Below, in pieces: positions 1 to 8,996 of a DNA stretch of 38,327 bases (position 1 is its first letter; each line of letters starts with the position of its first letter). Position numbers and translations under genes: made by a program. The notes below the pieces were generated by a model. It made no database searches, was not told where the DNA came from, and was given only the letters and a program-made list of their open reading frames with translations. Origin of the DNA: a virus (lineage: Duplodnaviria > Caudoviricetes); the IMG/VR virus record IMGVR_UViG_3300028586_000047, positions 1 through 38,327 of that record. One strand, given 5' to 3'.

Positions 1-387
1 CGCCAAGGAACGATCACTTACTTCAAACGTTATTAGTTTCATTATCTTTCCGCAGAAAACGTGGTTAACTATACCGTGCGGAAACAAAATACCCATGATT
101 CAGTGAATCGAAAACAACACTTACATCGAATAAAACTCAGGCCGTGATGGGCGTCGGCCTTGATCCGATCATGCTGCCGAATTTGATAAAGCCTCACGCG
201 AAGTGTGCGCTGAAGATATTGGAAAGCGCCAGATTGAATACCACTGGAGGCGCCAGCTCGACCGCCCTCATCGCCGGGTTGGCTGATCTGTACCGAGCAG
301 GCGCCGCCAGCAATCACGCACAGGGGCGTCAGGGCGAGTGATCGAGGGGGTTGACCTGGCAACGAATGGACTGCTCGCGGTCGGCGT

Positions 388-450
388 CGGTGCGGTGCGG
401 TGCGGTGCGGTGCGGTGCGGTGCGGTGCGGTGGGGTGCGGTGCGGTGGGG
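388..450. repeat. Pentanucleotide tandem repeat (TGCGG)n
   Basis: 12 units at 391-450: TGCGG x8, TGGGG, TGCGG x2, TGGGG; preceded by CGG. Confidence 0.95.
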
Positions 451-467
451 TAATTGCGCCGGAAACG

Positions 468-492
468 AAAAAGGCCAACCTCCCGGTTGGCC
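468..492 (-). terminator. Intrinsic terminator downstream of the tRNA-Pro 3' end
   Basis: Hairpin GGCCAACC-TCCC-GGTTGGCC (473-492) followed on the minus strand by a T-run (A-run 468-472 on plus). Confidence 0.8.
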
Positions 493-509
493 CAATTCGC
501 TGATTTCTT

Positions 510-554
<45 letters not shown>

Positions 555-663
555 AGACAGTCTCGAACGGCTAAAACCCGCATGGATGCTGGATTTGCGC
601 CAGAGTCATCTAATATACAGTGGTAGCGTAATGGTCAGCTTTGCCCGGGAAAATCCATGCCAG

Positions 664-1794
664 TCAGGCGATATTAGATGCATTCCAAGGCAATTTCATG
701 TCGATCGCGGACACATCAGGAATCGCTTCCTTAATATAAATTTCGCTGGTCTTGCTGCTGGTGTGCACCAGGCGCTTCTGGATATCCGCCATCTGGCTGC
801 CGCCTTTTGCCGCATCCGTGGCGCCGAGCGCGCGAAGGTCCCGGAACCATACGGCCTCGGTGATGCCGGCGCGCTCGCGCGCCCTGTCCCACATCGAGAA
901 CAAGCCGGTTTTGGTGTATGGCGTGCCCTTCTGGCTTGGGAACAAATACGGCGAGATGATCTCGTAGCCCCTCTTGATGGCGCGCGCCCGATCGATGACT
1001 TCCTGGATGGCTGGCGTGATCACGATGTCGACCACCTTGCCGCTGCTCTTCTTAGTTTTGCTTGGCTGGATCCGGATGTGGCCGTCCTCGAGCTGGCTTT
1101 CTTTCAGCATTCGAATGTCGATCGCGCGCGCCCAAAGCAAATAGGCCATGTCGACCAGGCAGGCAAACATCGGCCCGCTCTGGTTCGGCATCACCCTGCC
1201 GTTATCCGATCGCGGTTTGCTGAACATGCCGGCGGCGCGGATGCGCTGCACCTGGTCGTGCGTCGGCAGTACGGTGCGGCGCTGGGTCTCGAAATCACCC
1301 AGGTCGAGCTGGTCGATCGGGTTGTCCTGGCGTAGGCCCAGCCCGGACACTGCATACCGAAATAGTTTGCTGGCCAGCGCGCCATACTTGCGCGCCGTGT
1401 TCGGTTTATCGCTGAACTTCTCGCGCAGGAAGTCGGCGAATTCCTTGGTCGTGACCTCCACCACCAAGAACGCTTCGAACTCGTCGGCGATCACATCCAG
1501 GAAGCGCGAGTACTGCTCTTGGGTTTCCTTCCCGTACTTGGACAGCTTGTGCTGCTTGAACTCGGCACACAGGTGCGGCACGGTGCCCTGCACATGTGTT
1601 TTGCTGCCCAAGAGCTCAGCTAGGCGATTGAGCATCAATACCTCACCCTCCTCGACCGAACACAGCCGCACCCAGGTCTTGAGTTCCTTCGTCTTGGGCA
1701 CGCGGATCTTTTCTGGCGCCACGTAGTAATACGCGTTGTACTTGATATACACCCGGCGCGGGAGTCCGCGGTTCGTTTTGCGCTGCCTGTTCAT
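664..1794 (-). CDS. int: Tyrosine recombinase (phage integrase), 376 aa
   Basis: Catalytic motifs WAR, PSKT, FRDLR, LVH and IY. Start chosen at MNRQRK, which overlaps the stop of the upstream gene (ATGA). Confidence 0.92.
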   Translation of the reverse strand: MNRQRKTNRGLPRRVYIKYNAYYYVAPEKIRVPKTKELKTWVRLCSVEEGEVLMLNRLAELLGSKTHVQGTVPHLCAEFKQHKLSKYGKETQEQYSRFLDVIADEFEAFLVVEVTTKEFADFLREKFSDKPNTARKYGALASKLFRYAVSGLGLRQDNPIDQLDLGDFETQRRTVLPTHDQVQRIRAAGMFSKPRSDNGRVMPNQSGPMFACLVDMAYLLWARAIDIRMLKESQLEDGHIRIQPSKTKKSSGKVVDIVITPAIQEVIDRARAIKRGYEIISPYLFPSQKGTPYTKTGLFSMWDRARERAGITEAVWFRDLRALGATDAAKGGSQMADIQKRLVHTSSKTSEIYIKEAIPDVSAIDMKLPWNASNIA

Positions 1795-2009
1795 TGCCTT
1801 GCTGATTTCCTCTTCGGTCCGGACGGCGCGACCGGTTTCGGCACGCCGCCTGGATTGTTCACGTACGCGCGCAGCACGCAGACTGTGTTGTCGATCTTGC
1901 GCAGCTGCGCCGGTATGCCCAGCGCCTCCAGTGCCGCCAATTGCTTCTTCGGCAGCTTGTAATGGGTGATTGCGTAAATCTCTTGCTTCGATAACGTCAG
2001 TTCGTCCAT
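1791..2009 (-). CDS. Putative excisionase (DUF4224-like)
   Basis: Small basic protein, LSKQEIYAITHYKLPKKQLAALEALGIP, directly upstream of and coupled to int; GGAG RBS. Confidence 0.75.
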   Translation of the reverse strand: MDELTLSKQEIYAITHYKLPKKQLAALEALGIPAQLRKIDNTVCVLRAYVNNPGGVPKPVAPSGPKRKSARQ

Positions 2010-2017
2010 GTTGTCTC

Positions 2018-2170
2018 CTATTCCATTCCGGCATCTGGGTACTGCCGGCGCTCGCGGCGCGGCGCTGCCTCCGCGAAGCCCGGACGAATCACCCCACGCA
2101 TGCTGGGCGCCGGCATGGCCAGCGCACGCCGATCGAAGCCGTCGCGGCGGTCGGGGCCCCGCGCGATCAC
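2018..2170 (-). CDS. Hypothetical protein, 50 aa
   Basis: GTG start overlaps the upstream stop (GTGA); fills the operon gap. Confidence 0.4.
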   Translation of the reverse strand: MIARGPDRRDGFDRRALAMPAPSMRGVIRPGFAEAAPRRERRQYPDAGME

Positions 2171-2850
2171 GGAGTCACCCGCTTGAATTCCACCGCCCAC
2201 ACCCAGGGGTTGGCGCCCCAGCTGCCGACGCCGTTGATGGACTCCCACAAATCACGGTACCAATCGCGCGCGGCGTCGGCATGCACTTCCGGGTCATCCG
2301 ACACGGCCGGGCGGCGCTGCCATCCTTCCGCTGCTGCGTCCGCTTCGCTGATGTCCTGCAGCAGCTCGACGCGCACGGACACGATCTCAAGCAAGATGCG
2401 GCTTGCCGCGCGCGGCATGTGGATGCTCGGTTTCCACTTCAACCCGTAGCCCTTGCGCGCCTGGTCGCCGTAGCTGCCTGGAGCGCAGTCGGCAGCGAAT
2501 GCATAGCGGTGGTGCAGGCCGCTCTCGTCGCGATGCTCGATGCCGGTGCCTTGGGTGTCGAGGAATGTCTCGCGTACCCAGAGACATTCGCCGGGCTGGC
2601 CGTAGGGACACTCCGCCTCCCAGCCTTCCATATTCGATGTCGTGTAGCCCTTGGCATCCATCAGCATCGCGCTGGGCGGCAGATAATCGTTATGACACAG
2701 GATTTCATGGCCGTCGAAATGGTACCCGTTCGAATATGGCTGGCTTTTGCAGATGCGCCGCGTCTGCGTCTTGCTGCCATCGAGCAGCGCGCGCACCATG
2801 GCGCCCTGGAACAGGATGGGCCGCTTTTTCGGAATCTGCGCGCAGTCCAT
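2167..2850 (-). CDS. Conserved phage protein, ASCH/PUA-like
   Basis: RPILF..MVRALLDGSKTQTRR, CPYGQPG..LWVRET, WKPSIHMPR.ASRI, NPWVWAVEF. Confidence 0.8.
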   Translation of the reverse strand: MDCAQIPKKRPILFQGAMVRALLDGSKTQTRRICKSQPYSNGYHFDGHEILCHNDYLPPSAMLMDAKGYTTSNMEGWEAECPYGQPGECLWVRETFLDTQGTGIEHRDESGLHHRYAFAADCAPGSYGDQARKGYGLKWKPSIHMPRAASRILLEIVSVRVELLQDISEADAAAEGWQRRPAVSDDPEVHADAARDWYRDLWESINGVGSWGANPWVWAVEFKRVTP

Positions 2851-3095
2851 TACCGCACCCTGTGAACGGTGACGCCGGTAATCCCCGGTGGCAATTCCTC
2901 CTGCTTGTCGAGGAAGTTGCTCCCCTTCTGCCCGGTAACCTGCGCGTGCTTCACCTCGACGGCGGCCGAGTTCACCATCACCTGGGACAGCGTGCCGATC
3001 ATCTTGGCCTTCTCGATATCCAGCGTGCCGTCCTTCACCCCTTCGATCGCGCTGAAAAGTAGCTCGCGCAGATCATCGATGTTCTTCTTGGCCAT
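2850..3095 (-). CDS. Conserved phage protein, 81 aa
   Basis: Coupled ORF, KNIDDLRELLF..IE..K..I..AK pattern; overlaps the HNH-like gene. Confidence 0.75.
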   Translation of the reverse strand: MAKKNIDDLRELLFSAIEGVKDGTLDIEKAKMIGTLSQVMVNSAAVEVKHAQVTGQKGSNFLDKQEELPPGITGVTVHRVR

Positions 3096-3774
3096 AATCT
3101 TTCATCCTCTTGTTGATTTGTCGGGTGAGCACTGAGCGCAGCTGCACCACTTCGTTGAGTTCGGGCGGCAGGTTGTGCCGCGTGTTTCGCTTCATGTTCT
3201 CGGCCAGGCTGATGCACTCGACCTTGTCGATCGTGATTTCCTCGAGCACGTTGCTGCGCATCCCCGGCCGGAACACCACGATGTGCTTCGGTTGTACCGG
3301 ACCGTTCATAGCCACCCACACCAGTTCGTGCACGGCGCGCCAGCGCTTACTGTTGTTGCCCGGGTCGTTGGTCACCTTCTGCAGCAGCACGCCGCTCTTG
3401 TCGAACTTCGTGCTGCCGATCGGCAATGTGTTCGCCGGCGACTGCCCCTGCTTGAACTGCGTCGCGCGGCAGGCTTCCTGCACGCCGGCAAGGCCCTTTG
3501 TCCCCTTGTTCCAGGACTTGTGCCCTTTTTGAAAGCGGTACTCAGCGCCTACGTTGTCGCCGCGGCGCAGGCGGCAGGCCGCTGGGCTGGCCAAGTACTC
3601 CGCCGACTTGGCCAGGCCCAGCTGGCTCGCCTTCGCATAGACCTGCTCCGTGCGCAGGCCGAGGATGGTGGCGACATCCTCGGTCTTGAAGCGTGGGTAA
3701 AAGCTGCGCAGCGAGTCGAGCCGCTCCTCGGTCCAGTAGGCTTTCGCTTGGTTCCTTCCCATTGATGCCGTCAT
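3073..3774 (-). CDS. HNH endonuclease-like protein with N-terminal HTH
   Basis: WTEE..L..FYP HTH, RFQKG..SWNKG, VHELVW..NGP..HIVVF..ENM.RN. Start MTASMG overlaps the upstream stop. Confidence 0.75.
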   Translation of the reverse strand: MTASMGRNQAKAYWTEERLDSLRSFYPRFKTEDVATILGLRTEQVYAKASQLGLAKSAEYLASPAACRLRRGDNVGAEYRFQKGHKSWNKGTKGLAGVQEACRATQFKQGQSPANTLPIGSTKFDKSGVLLQKVTNDPGNNSKRWRAVHELVWVAMNGPVQPKHIVVFRPGMRSNVLEEITIDKVECISLAENMKRNTRHNLPPELNEVVQLRSVLTRQINKRMKDYGQEEHR

Positions 3775-3995
3775 GACTGCGCCCCTGGTACCAGCAGCGC
3801 CTCGAGCGACTTGCCACCCTCGATCCACTCAGTTACCCAGCGCGGCGGTTTGCCCCGACCGGTCCAGGCCATTCCAAGATCGCCCGGGTGGCGGTAGGCG
3901 ACTTCCGGTCGACCGCCGACCTTCATGGCCGGCCGGGTGACTGGGCGCGCCATTGGCTGAGGCGGCGCATCGAACAACCCCAGTTGCTGCTTCAT
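3771..3995 (-). CDS. Stand-alone H-NS C-terminal DNA-binding domain protein, 74 aa
   Basis: YRHP...WTGRGKPPRWV..WIE.GKSLE.LL matches the H-NS signature; ATGA-coupled. Confidence 0.85.
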   Translation of the reverse strand: MKQQLGLFDAPPQPMARPVTRPAMKVGGRPEVAYRHPGDLGMAWTGRGKPPRWVTEWIEGGKSLEALLVPGAQS

Positions 3996-4189
3996 CGCAC
4001 CATCCATTCGCAAGCCGGCTGCTCGCAATACGCATGCACCAGGTCGCCGTCGACGGTACGCATCGCCGTTCCCAGCCCGCCGGCGGCGCGCAGCAACGCT
4101 GCAGCGGCCAGCTCGACTTCCGCGGCGCGGGCGGCCTCGAACGAGAGCACGTTACGCCAGGCGCCGGAATCCTTGATCTGCAGTTTCAT
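3992..4189 (-). CDS. Hypothetical protein, 65 aa
   Basis: Start MKLQIKDSGAWRNV, ATGA-coupled on both sides. Confidence 0.7.
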   Translation of the reverse strand: MKLQIKDSGAWRNVLSFEAARAAEVELAAAALLRAAGGLGTAMRTVDGDLVHAYCEQPACEWMVR

Positions 4190-4380
4190 GCTGCAGCTCC
4201 AGCCGGCGCCGGCAGCGGCATCCAATGCGTCACGCGCTCGCCGGTGATCGGCGTCGCATCGACGTTGCGCCAGGTGTCGCCATCCAGGAAGCCCGGCCAC
4301 ACGTCGTCATCGTTGAGCGTGAGCAGCACCAGGGTGTCAGCGTCCGGTAGCGCGGTCGCGGTATCGGTCCATGTCGACAT
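4186..4380 (-). CDS. DUF551-like phage protein
   Basis: N-terminal W....LP and C-terminal VTHWMPLP. Confidence 0.85.
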   Translation of the reverse strand: MSTWTDTATALPDADTLVLLTLNDDDVWPGFLDGDTWRNVDATPITGERVTHWMPLPAPAGAAA

Positions 4381-4382
4381 CG

Positions 4383-5123
4383 TCAGCCCACCTCTTCCAG
4401 TAGGGATTTCTGATCCTTTTCGACGGTAAGCGAGTCGCCCTCATCCAGCAGCTTCGAGCGCTCTTCGATCACGATCGTCACGAACCCGCCTTCAGCGTCA
4501 GCCAGGTTGTGCGCCCAGTCGCCCTTGGCCAGCGTCAGCACGCACTTCACGCCATCCTTGAACACGACCTGGTCAACCGCGGCCGGGAACGTGACGCGCG
4601 CGTTGCTGGCGATGATGTCGATCGCGTCGCGCACCGCGGCGCGGCAGTCCTGCTGCACGGTTGCCAGCACGCGCTTTTGCTCAGCTTCTTTCAGATCGAT
4701 CCATGGCTTCGACAGGGTCTTCATGTGCTTGGTGGCGGCCTTGATCATCGCGCCCAGCAAAAATTCCTGTGCGTAGGCCTTGCCGTCCACGATGCCGTGC
4801 ACGCCCGGGCGAGCGAACACCGCGAACGGGCCTTCGTCGTGCTCGGCCACCACGACCAGGCGCCACTTGTCGCCAGCCGGCGGCGTTGGATGCCAGCCGC
4901 TCACATCGTCGTTGCCACCGACCCAAGCGGCGCCAATCTCTTTCGCGTCGTCGACCAGGCGCACCACGGCGATCTCGCTGCCATTGATGACGGCGCCGGG
5001 CGCCAGGTCCTCGCTGGGCAGGACGAAGTCGGCGAATGCCGGCAGCGTGCCGTAGCCGTTCTTGTCGCGTTTGAGGACGCCGTTGTCGGCTGCTGGTGCT
5101 GCTTTTTTGCTGCTGGCGTTCAT
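4383..5123 (-). CDS. Hypothetical phage protein, 246 aa
   Basis: Long ORF with GGAG RBS in the operon direction; C-terminal half KPW..L.E.EQ...VDQVVFKDGVK. Confidence 0.8.
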   Translation of the reverse strand: MNASSKKAAPAADNGVLKRDKNGYGTLPAFADFVLPSEDLAPGAVINGSEIAVVRLVDDAKEIGAAWVGGNDDVSGWHPTPPAGDKWRLVVVAEHDEGPFAVFARPGVHGIVDGKAYAQEFLLGAMIKAATKHMKTLSKPWIDLKEAEQKRVLATVQQDCRAAVRDAIDIIASNARVTFPAAVDQVVFKDGVKCVLTLAKGDWAHNLADAEGGFVTIVIEERSKLLDEGDSLTVEKDQKSLLEEVG

Positions 5124-5126
5124 GGG

Positions 5127-5369
5127 TCACTTCTCCTGGGTAGCTTGATTTTTTGGGTGCTGCAGGTACTGCTGGTAGCGCCGGCGGATCCGCTCGTTCC
5201 AGCGCGCCGCAGCGGCCGGATCCCGGTCCAGGTCAGCGCGCGACTTGATCTCGCACACCTCCCGAACCTTGGCGGCCGCCGCTGCGTCGCCGTCGACGCC
5301 GAGGAACTGCTGGAACTCGCGCTCGCGGCAGCGCAGCGCGGTCCAGCGGCATGGCGTCTGGCCGGCCAT
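5127..5369 (-). CDS. Hypothetical phage protein, 80 aa
   Basis: C...EFQQFLG...VREVCEIKSRADLD pattern; tight operon packing. Confidence 0.75.
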   Translation of the reverse strand: MAGQTPCRWTALRCREREFQQFLGVDGDAAAAAKVREVCEIKSRADLDRDPAAAARWNERIRRRYQQYLQHPKNQATQEK

Positions 5370-5371
5370 GA

Positions 5372-5626
5372 TTAGTCGATCTTCTTGAATGGGAACTTCT
5401 CCGCGAACGGCTTGATGTTCTTGTAGAAGTGCGACCCGATCGACTCGGCGCCCTGGAACTGCTGGAATTGCTCGGCATCGACGTTCTGGTAGTAGTACGT
5501 GTTGCCCACGCCCTCGCCGCGCTTGAACTGGATTGCCAAAGTGTTGTTGATGGCGTCGTGGCCGATCGCAGCCAGCTGCGACGATTCGATCGGGGTCATG
5601 GTGATGCTGATTTCGGTGGTGTTCAT
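5372..5626 (-). CDS. KTSC domain protein
   Basis: ESSQLAAIGHD...L.IQF.....YYYQNV......F..AESIGSHFYKNIK. Confidence 0.92.
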   Translation of the reverse strand: MNTTEISITMTPIESSQLAAIGHDAINNTLAIQFKRGEGVGNTYYYQNVDAEQFQQFQGAESIGSHFYKNIKPFAEKFPFKKID

Positions 5627-5661
5627 GCGCTTCTCCTGGTGGTTGTGGGTGGTGGTGCTGG

Positions 5662-7365
5662 TTACGCCGCAGCGCGGGCGCTGCGTACTTCGGTGATGTG
5701 GTCGATCAGCGCGTTGCAGATCGCCGGGAAGTCGGCTTCGTGGTACAACACGGCGGAGCGCTCGCGGCCGGCAGCGGCGAAGCCGATCGTGCTCAGGAAA
5801 TCGGCGGTGAGCGAGAAGCCCAGGCGCTCGCCGATCTGGCCAAGGCGCAAGGCTGGCGGCGTGGCGCTGGCGGCGACCGACCGCGCGGCGGCGATTGGTG
5901 TCACCTGGGCCGGGAGCGCTGGCTGCTCAACGACTGCAGCCGGCGCCGACATAGCGCTGCTGGCGGCGGCTTGTGTCGTAGCTTCGTGCAGGGATCGAGC
6001 CGCCTCATCTGCTTGCGCCTGGGCCGCTGCTTCCGCGCGCTGGCGCGCCGCTTCCTGCTCCTGGCGCAAGCGCTCGGCCTTCTCGGCCTCTTGGCGCTTG
6101 TGATTCTCGATACGCGTGTTCACGCCCAGGCGGAAATCTTCGTCCGGCTTCTGGATCAGGGCCTGCAGGTCGGCGAACAGGAACTCATGGCCGGCCGCGT
6201 GCTCGCGGTACCAGGTCAGGCGCGCGCGCACCGCGGCGGCGATCGCGTCGACGGCGATCTTGCCGTTGGCCAGCTCGGTGTCGACTGCATCCTGCAGCGT
6301 GGCCAGAGTGCGCTTGTTCTTCATGGCGCCGGCGAAGTCACGCGTCTGGAACACCAGGCGCAGCGGCGCGATTTCCTGCTCGAGCGCGGCGACGTGTTCC
6401 TGGAACGCCAGCTTCACCTGGGCGAGGATGCCGGCCTTGATCAGTTCCTTCTTGTCCTTCACGGTGCGCGTCAGCACCAAGCGTTTAGCGCGCAGCTGCT
6501 CGCTGATGTGGTCGATCGTGCGCATCAGGTCGGCGATGTCGGCGGTCTGCTCGAGCGCGGCGCGTTTGGCCTGCTCAAGGTTGCCCTCGGCCTGTTCGCA
6601 GAACTTGACGGTCGCTTCCGCGTCAGCAAAGTCCTGATCCGTCAGCAAGTCGGTCTTGATGCTGGCGATGAACAGCTCGGCCTTGGCCTGGAACGCCGGC
6701 AGGTTGCTGGTGGCAACTTCGCCGCGAATCTCGATGCGCAGCGCCGGCAGAGCCATGATCGGGTCAGCCTCGAGCTTCGGCGTGTAGTTGGCCGGCACGT
6801 AGTTGGCCAGGTCGGCAGCAAACTGGGCCCAGCCGGCGCGGAGGCGCTCCTGCCAAGCTGGATCCGGAAGCACGTCCAGATGCACGAAGTTGTCGGTCGT
6901 GCCGTCGCTGCAGACGAACACCACCTTCTTGGCCTTGGTCACCATCATGATCTGCTGGCACTGCGGCATGTATTCGTCCGGCAGCTCGCCGGCGGCGACG
7001 GCCGCGGCCAGCGCCTGGCTCCACTGTTTGTGCTCGAAGGCGACGTCGCCAGCCATCGTCAGGCCATCGCACGATGCCGACAGCAGGCCGTCGGAACAGG
7101 TGACCGGGTAGAGGTCGTCGTCAATCAAATCCTCGACCAGTGGGCGCGCCGCGGCTTCGACCAGGTGACCGTGGTCGAGAATGTTCTCCTGCACCCAGTT
7201 CGAGAATTCCTGTGGCGTGCCGGTGTGCTTCATGTGCAGCAGCTCGGTGCGCTTCACGCGAGACGAGATTCCCAGCATGGCGGCCGCTTCACTGGCGCCG
7301 AAGTGCTCGAGGCGGAACAGGCCCCAGTCGGCACTGCCCTGGATGAGGTCATGGATTTGCATCAT
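5662..7365 (-). CDS. YqaJ/lambda-exonuclease family recombination nuclease with long helical C-terminus
   Basis: QGS..W...R....GASEA, GH..E, ASCDG, FEHK, Y..QCQ; adjacent to recT. Confidence 0.92.
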   Translation of the reverse strand: MMQIHDLIQGSADWGLFRLEHFGASEAAAMLGISSRVKRTELLHMKHTGTPQEFSNWVQENILDHGHLVEAAARPLVEDLIDDDLYPVTCSDGLLSASCDGLTMAGDVAFEHKQWSQALAAAVAAGELPDEYMPQCQQIMMVTKAKKVVFVCSDGTTDNFVHLDVLPDPAWQERLRAGWAQFAADLANYVPANYTPKLEADPIMALPALRIEIRGEVATSNLPAFQAKAELFIASIKTDLLTDQDFADAEATVKFCEQAEGNLEQAKRAALEQTADIADLMRTIDHISEQLRAKRLVLTRTVKDKKELIKAGILAQVKLAFQEHVAALEQEIAPLRLVFQTRDFAGAMKNKRTLATLQDAVDTELANGKIAVDAIAAAVRARLTWYREHAAGHEFLFADLQALIQKPDEDFRLGVNTRIENHKRQEAEKAERLRQEQEAARQRAEAAAQAQADEAARSLHEATTQAAASSAMSAPAAVVEQPALPAQVTPIAAARSVAASATPPALRLGQIGERLGFSLTADFLSTIGFAAAGRERSAVLYHEADFPAICNALIDHITEVRSARAAA

Positions 7366-7419
7366 CTTGTTCTCCGTTTAGTGGTGGGGATGGCTCCCGC
7401 TTGCGCGGATTGCCAGGGA

Positions 7420-8424
7420 TCAGTCGTTTTCGTGGGCCCAGCTGTCGATCGTCATCTTCTGGTCTTCGGTCAGCAGCTGACGGGTCTGAATCATCGCGAC
7501 CAGCTGGGCGACCGTCTTCTTGCCGTCGATGATCTCGGCGCGCCAGGCAGCTTTGTTCTTGTCGAATTTTTCCGGCGTGCACATCGGCATATCGCCGCCG
7601 CGTCCCTCATTGCTGCTGGTCGAATTCGTGCTGGCGGTGCTGGCGCCGCGCACTTCGCCAGTTTCCTGGTCGACGCCGCCCTGGTCGTCGCGGTCGTCGC
7701 GGTCGTCGATGACCACCATGTCGCTATCGATCGTGAAGTTCTTGTTCGAGTCCACCGCGGTGGCCACGTCGACGGCGCGCTGAACCTCGATCGACTTCGG
7801 CATGTACTTGAGCACCTGCAGCAGCACCACCTTGCGGGCGTACATTTCCATGTTCTGGCCGTTCTTCTCCAGGGCGTAATGCCGCGCGCCGACCTTGTTG
7901 AACTTGTTCAGGTGCTTCACCACACGGTCCATCGTCCAGACCTCGATGACTGGGAACTGGCTGCCGTTCACGCGGCCGATCGCATAGACGTGCGTGATGT
8001 CCTGCCAGTTGTCGGCGCCGGCGCCCGGGCGGTGCTTCACGTAAGGGGCATCACCGAGCGCCCAGTCGAAATCGTCACCACGGGCGACGGCGCCGGTCCA
8101 GACCGTTGCGCGGCCAGCGCGCGACACCAGGTCGACCAGACCCTGCCAGCCGGGAACGAATGTCGCTTTGCCGCCATACGGCACCAGGTAGCCCTGGCCA
8201 CCAACGCCGATCTCCAGGCCCAACTGCGAGGCGACGACGACAGACCCAAAGATGCTATGTAGGTCGCACTTCTGCAGCGCGGTGTTCTGGCTGAACGCGG
8301 TCATGGTCAGGCGGACCATGCGATCAGGGCTGATGTGCTTCGGCAGCGCGTTCGCAATCTGGCCTTTGTACTTATCCAGGAAGGTGCTCAGGCTCTTGGC
8401 CGGGCTGGTGACGACTTGATTCAT
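7420..8424 (-). CDS. recT: RecT-family single-strand annealing protein
   Basis: ALPKHISPDRMVR, ASQLGLE....GQGYLVPY, GWQGLVDLV.R, MYARKVVL...LKYMPKSIE. Confidence 0.95.
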   Translation of the reverse strand: MNQVVTSPAKSLSTFLDKYKGQIANALPKHISPDRMVRLTMTAFSQNTALQKCDLHSIFGSVVVASQLGLEIGVGGQGYLVPYGGKATFVPGWQGLVDLVSRAGRATVWTGAVARGDDFDWALGDAPYVKHRPGAGADNWQDITHVYAIGRVNGSQFPVIEVWTMDRVVKHLNKFNKVGARHYALEKNGQNMEMYARKVVLLQVLKYMPKSIEVQRAVDVATAVDSNKNFTIDSDMVVIDDRDDRDDQGGVDQETGEVRGASTASTNSTSSNEGRGGDMPMCTPEKFDKNKAAWRAEIIDGKKTVAQLVAMIQTRQLLTEDQKMTIDSWAHEND

Positions 8425-8469
8425 GCTGTGATACCTCTCTCGTTAAAAGCGAAAATGCTGGTGGCTCGG

Positions 8470-8700
8470 TTACCAACTGCGGATCTGGTTGCGGCGCCCG
8501 ACCAGGTGCACGGTGCGCTCGCGTTCGCGCTTCTCGACCGGCGCGATGCTGGTGCGCAGGCTGAGCAGGTAATCGGCGCGCTCTTCGGACAGGCGCAGTT
8601 CGCGGTTGGCCAGGAACAGGGCGAGCGGTTTCGCGACCTTGCGCGCCAGGCGGCGCACGACCCGGTATGGGCCGCGGGTGATACGGGTGATGGCGGTCAT
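8470..8700 (-). CDS. Hypothetical protein, 76 aa
   Basis: GGAG RBS, ATGA-coupled. Confidence 0.7.
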   Translation of the reverse strand: MTAITRITRGPYRVVRRLARKVAKPLALFLANRELRLSEERADYLLSLRTSIAPVEKRERERTVHLVGRRNQIRSW

Positions 8701-8996
8701 TGGACTCCTCCGGTAGCATTTGCAATTGCAGCTTCCAGCGCGTCACCAGCCGGCGTCGCCATCAGGTCACAGCACTCGAGCAGAGCCTGGCGTGCGGCGC
8801 TCACCAGCTGGTCGTGCGCGTTGCAGGCACGGACGATGAATTCGGCGTTGCGCGGCGCGATCGACTCGGCGATCAGGTGTCCGCCGTAATAAAAGACGGC
8901 GTCGCTTCCGCCAATCTCCGGTACCGGCTCATCGGCCACGACCGAACCCATCTGGGTCGGCGCGCCCACACGCCATGGCGTCTTTGTATGCTGCAT
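8697..8996 (-). CDS. Hypothetical phage protein, 99 aa
   Basis: AAGGAG RBS; HT.TPW...NAEFIVRACNAHD.L phage motif. Confidence 0.8.
   Translation of the reverse strand: MQHTKTPWRVGAPTQMGSVVADEPVPEIGGSDAVFYYGGHLIAESIAPRNAEFIVRACNAHDQLVSAARQALLECCDLMATPAGDALEAAIANATGGVQ

Noticed and set aside
144-341. 65-aa plus-strand ORF on the host side
   Set aside because: No recognisable motif or RBS; cannot be supported
388-450. Possible CRISPR array or PHRTA-repeat protein
   Set aside because: Simple 5-bp tandem repeat with no spacers; the repetitive ORFs across it are by-products
1795-2034. 80-aa N-terminal extension of the integrase in the ORF track
   Set aside because: Overlaps the xis-like gene in another frame; the ATGA-coupled start at 1794 fits better
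5698-8262. 854-aa plus-strand ORF
   Set aside because: Antisense shadow of yqaJ/recT caused by GC-rich codon bias
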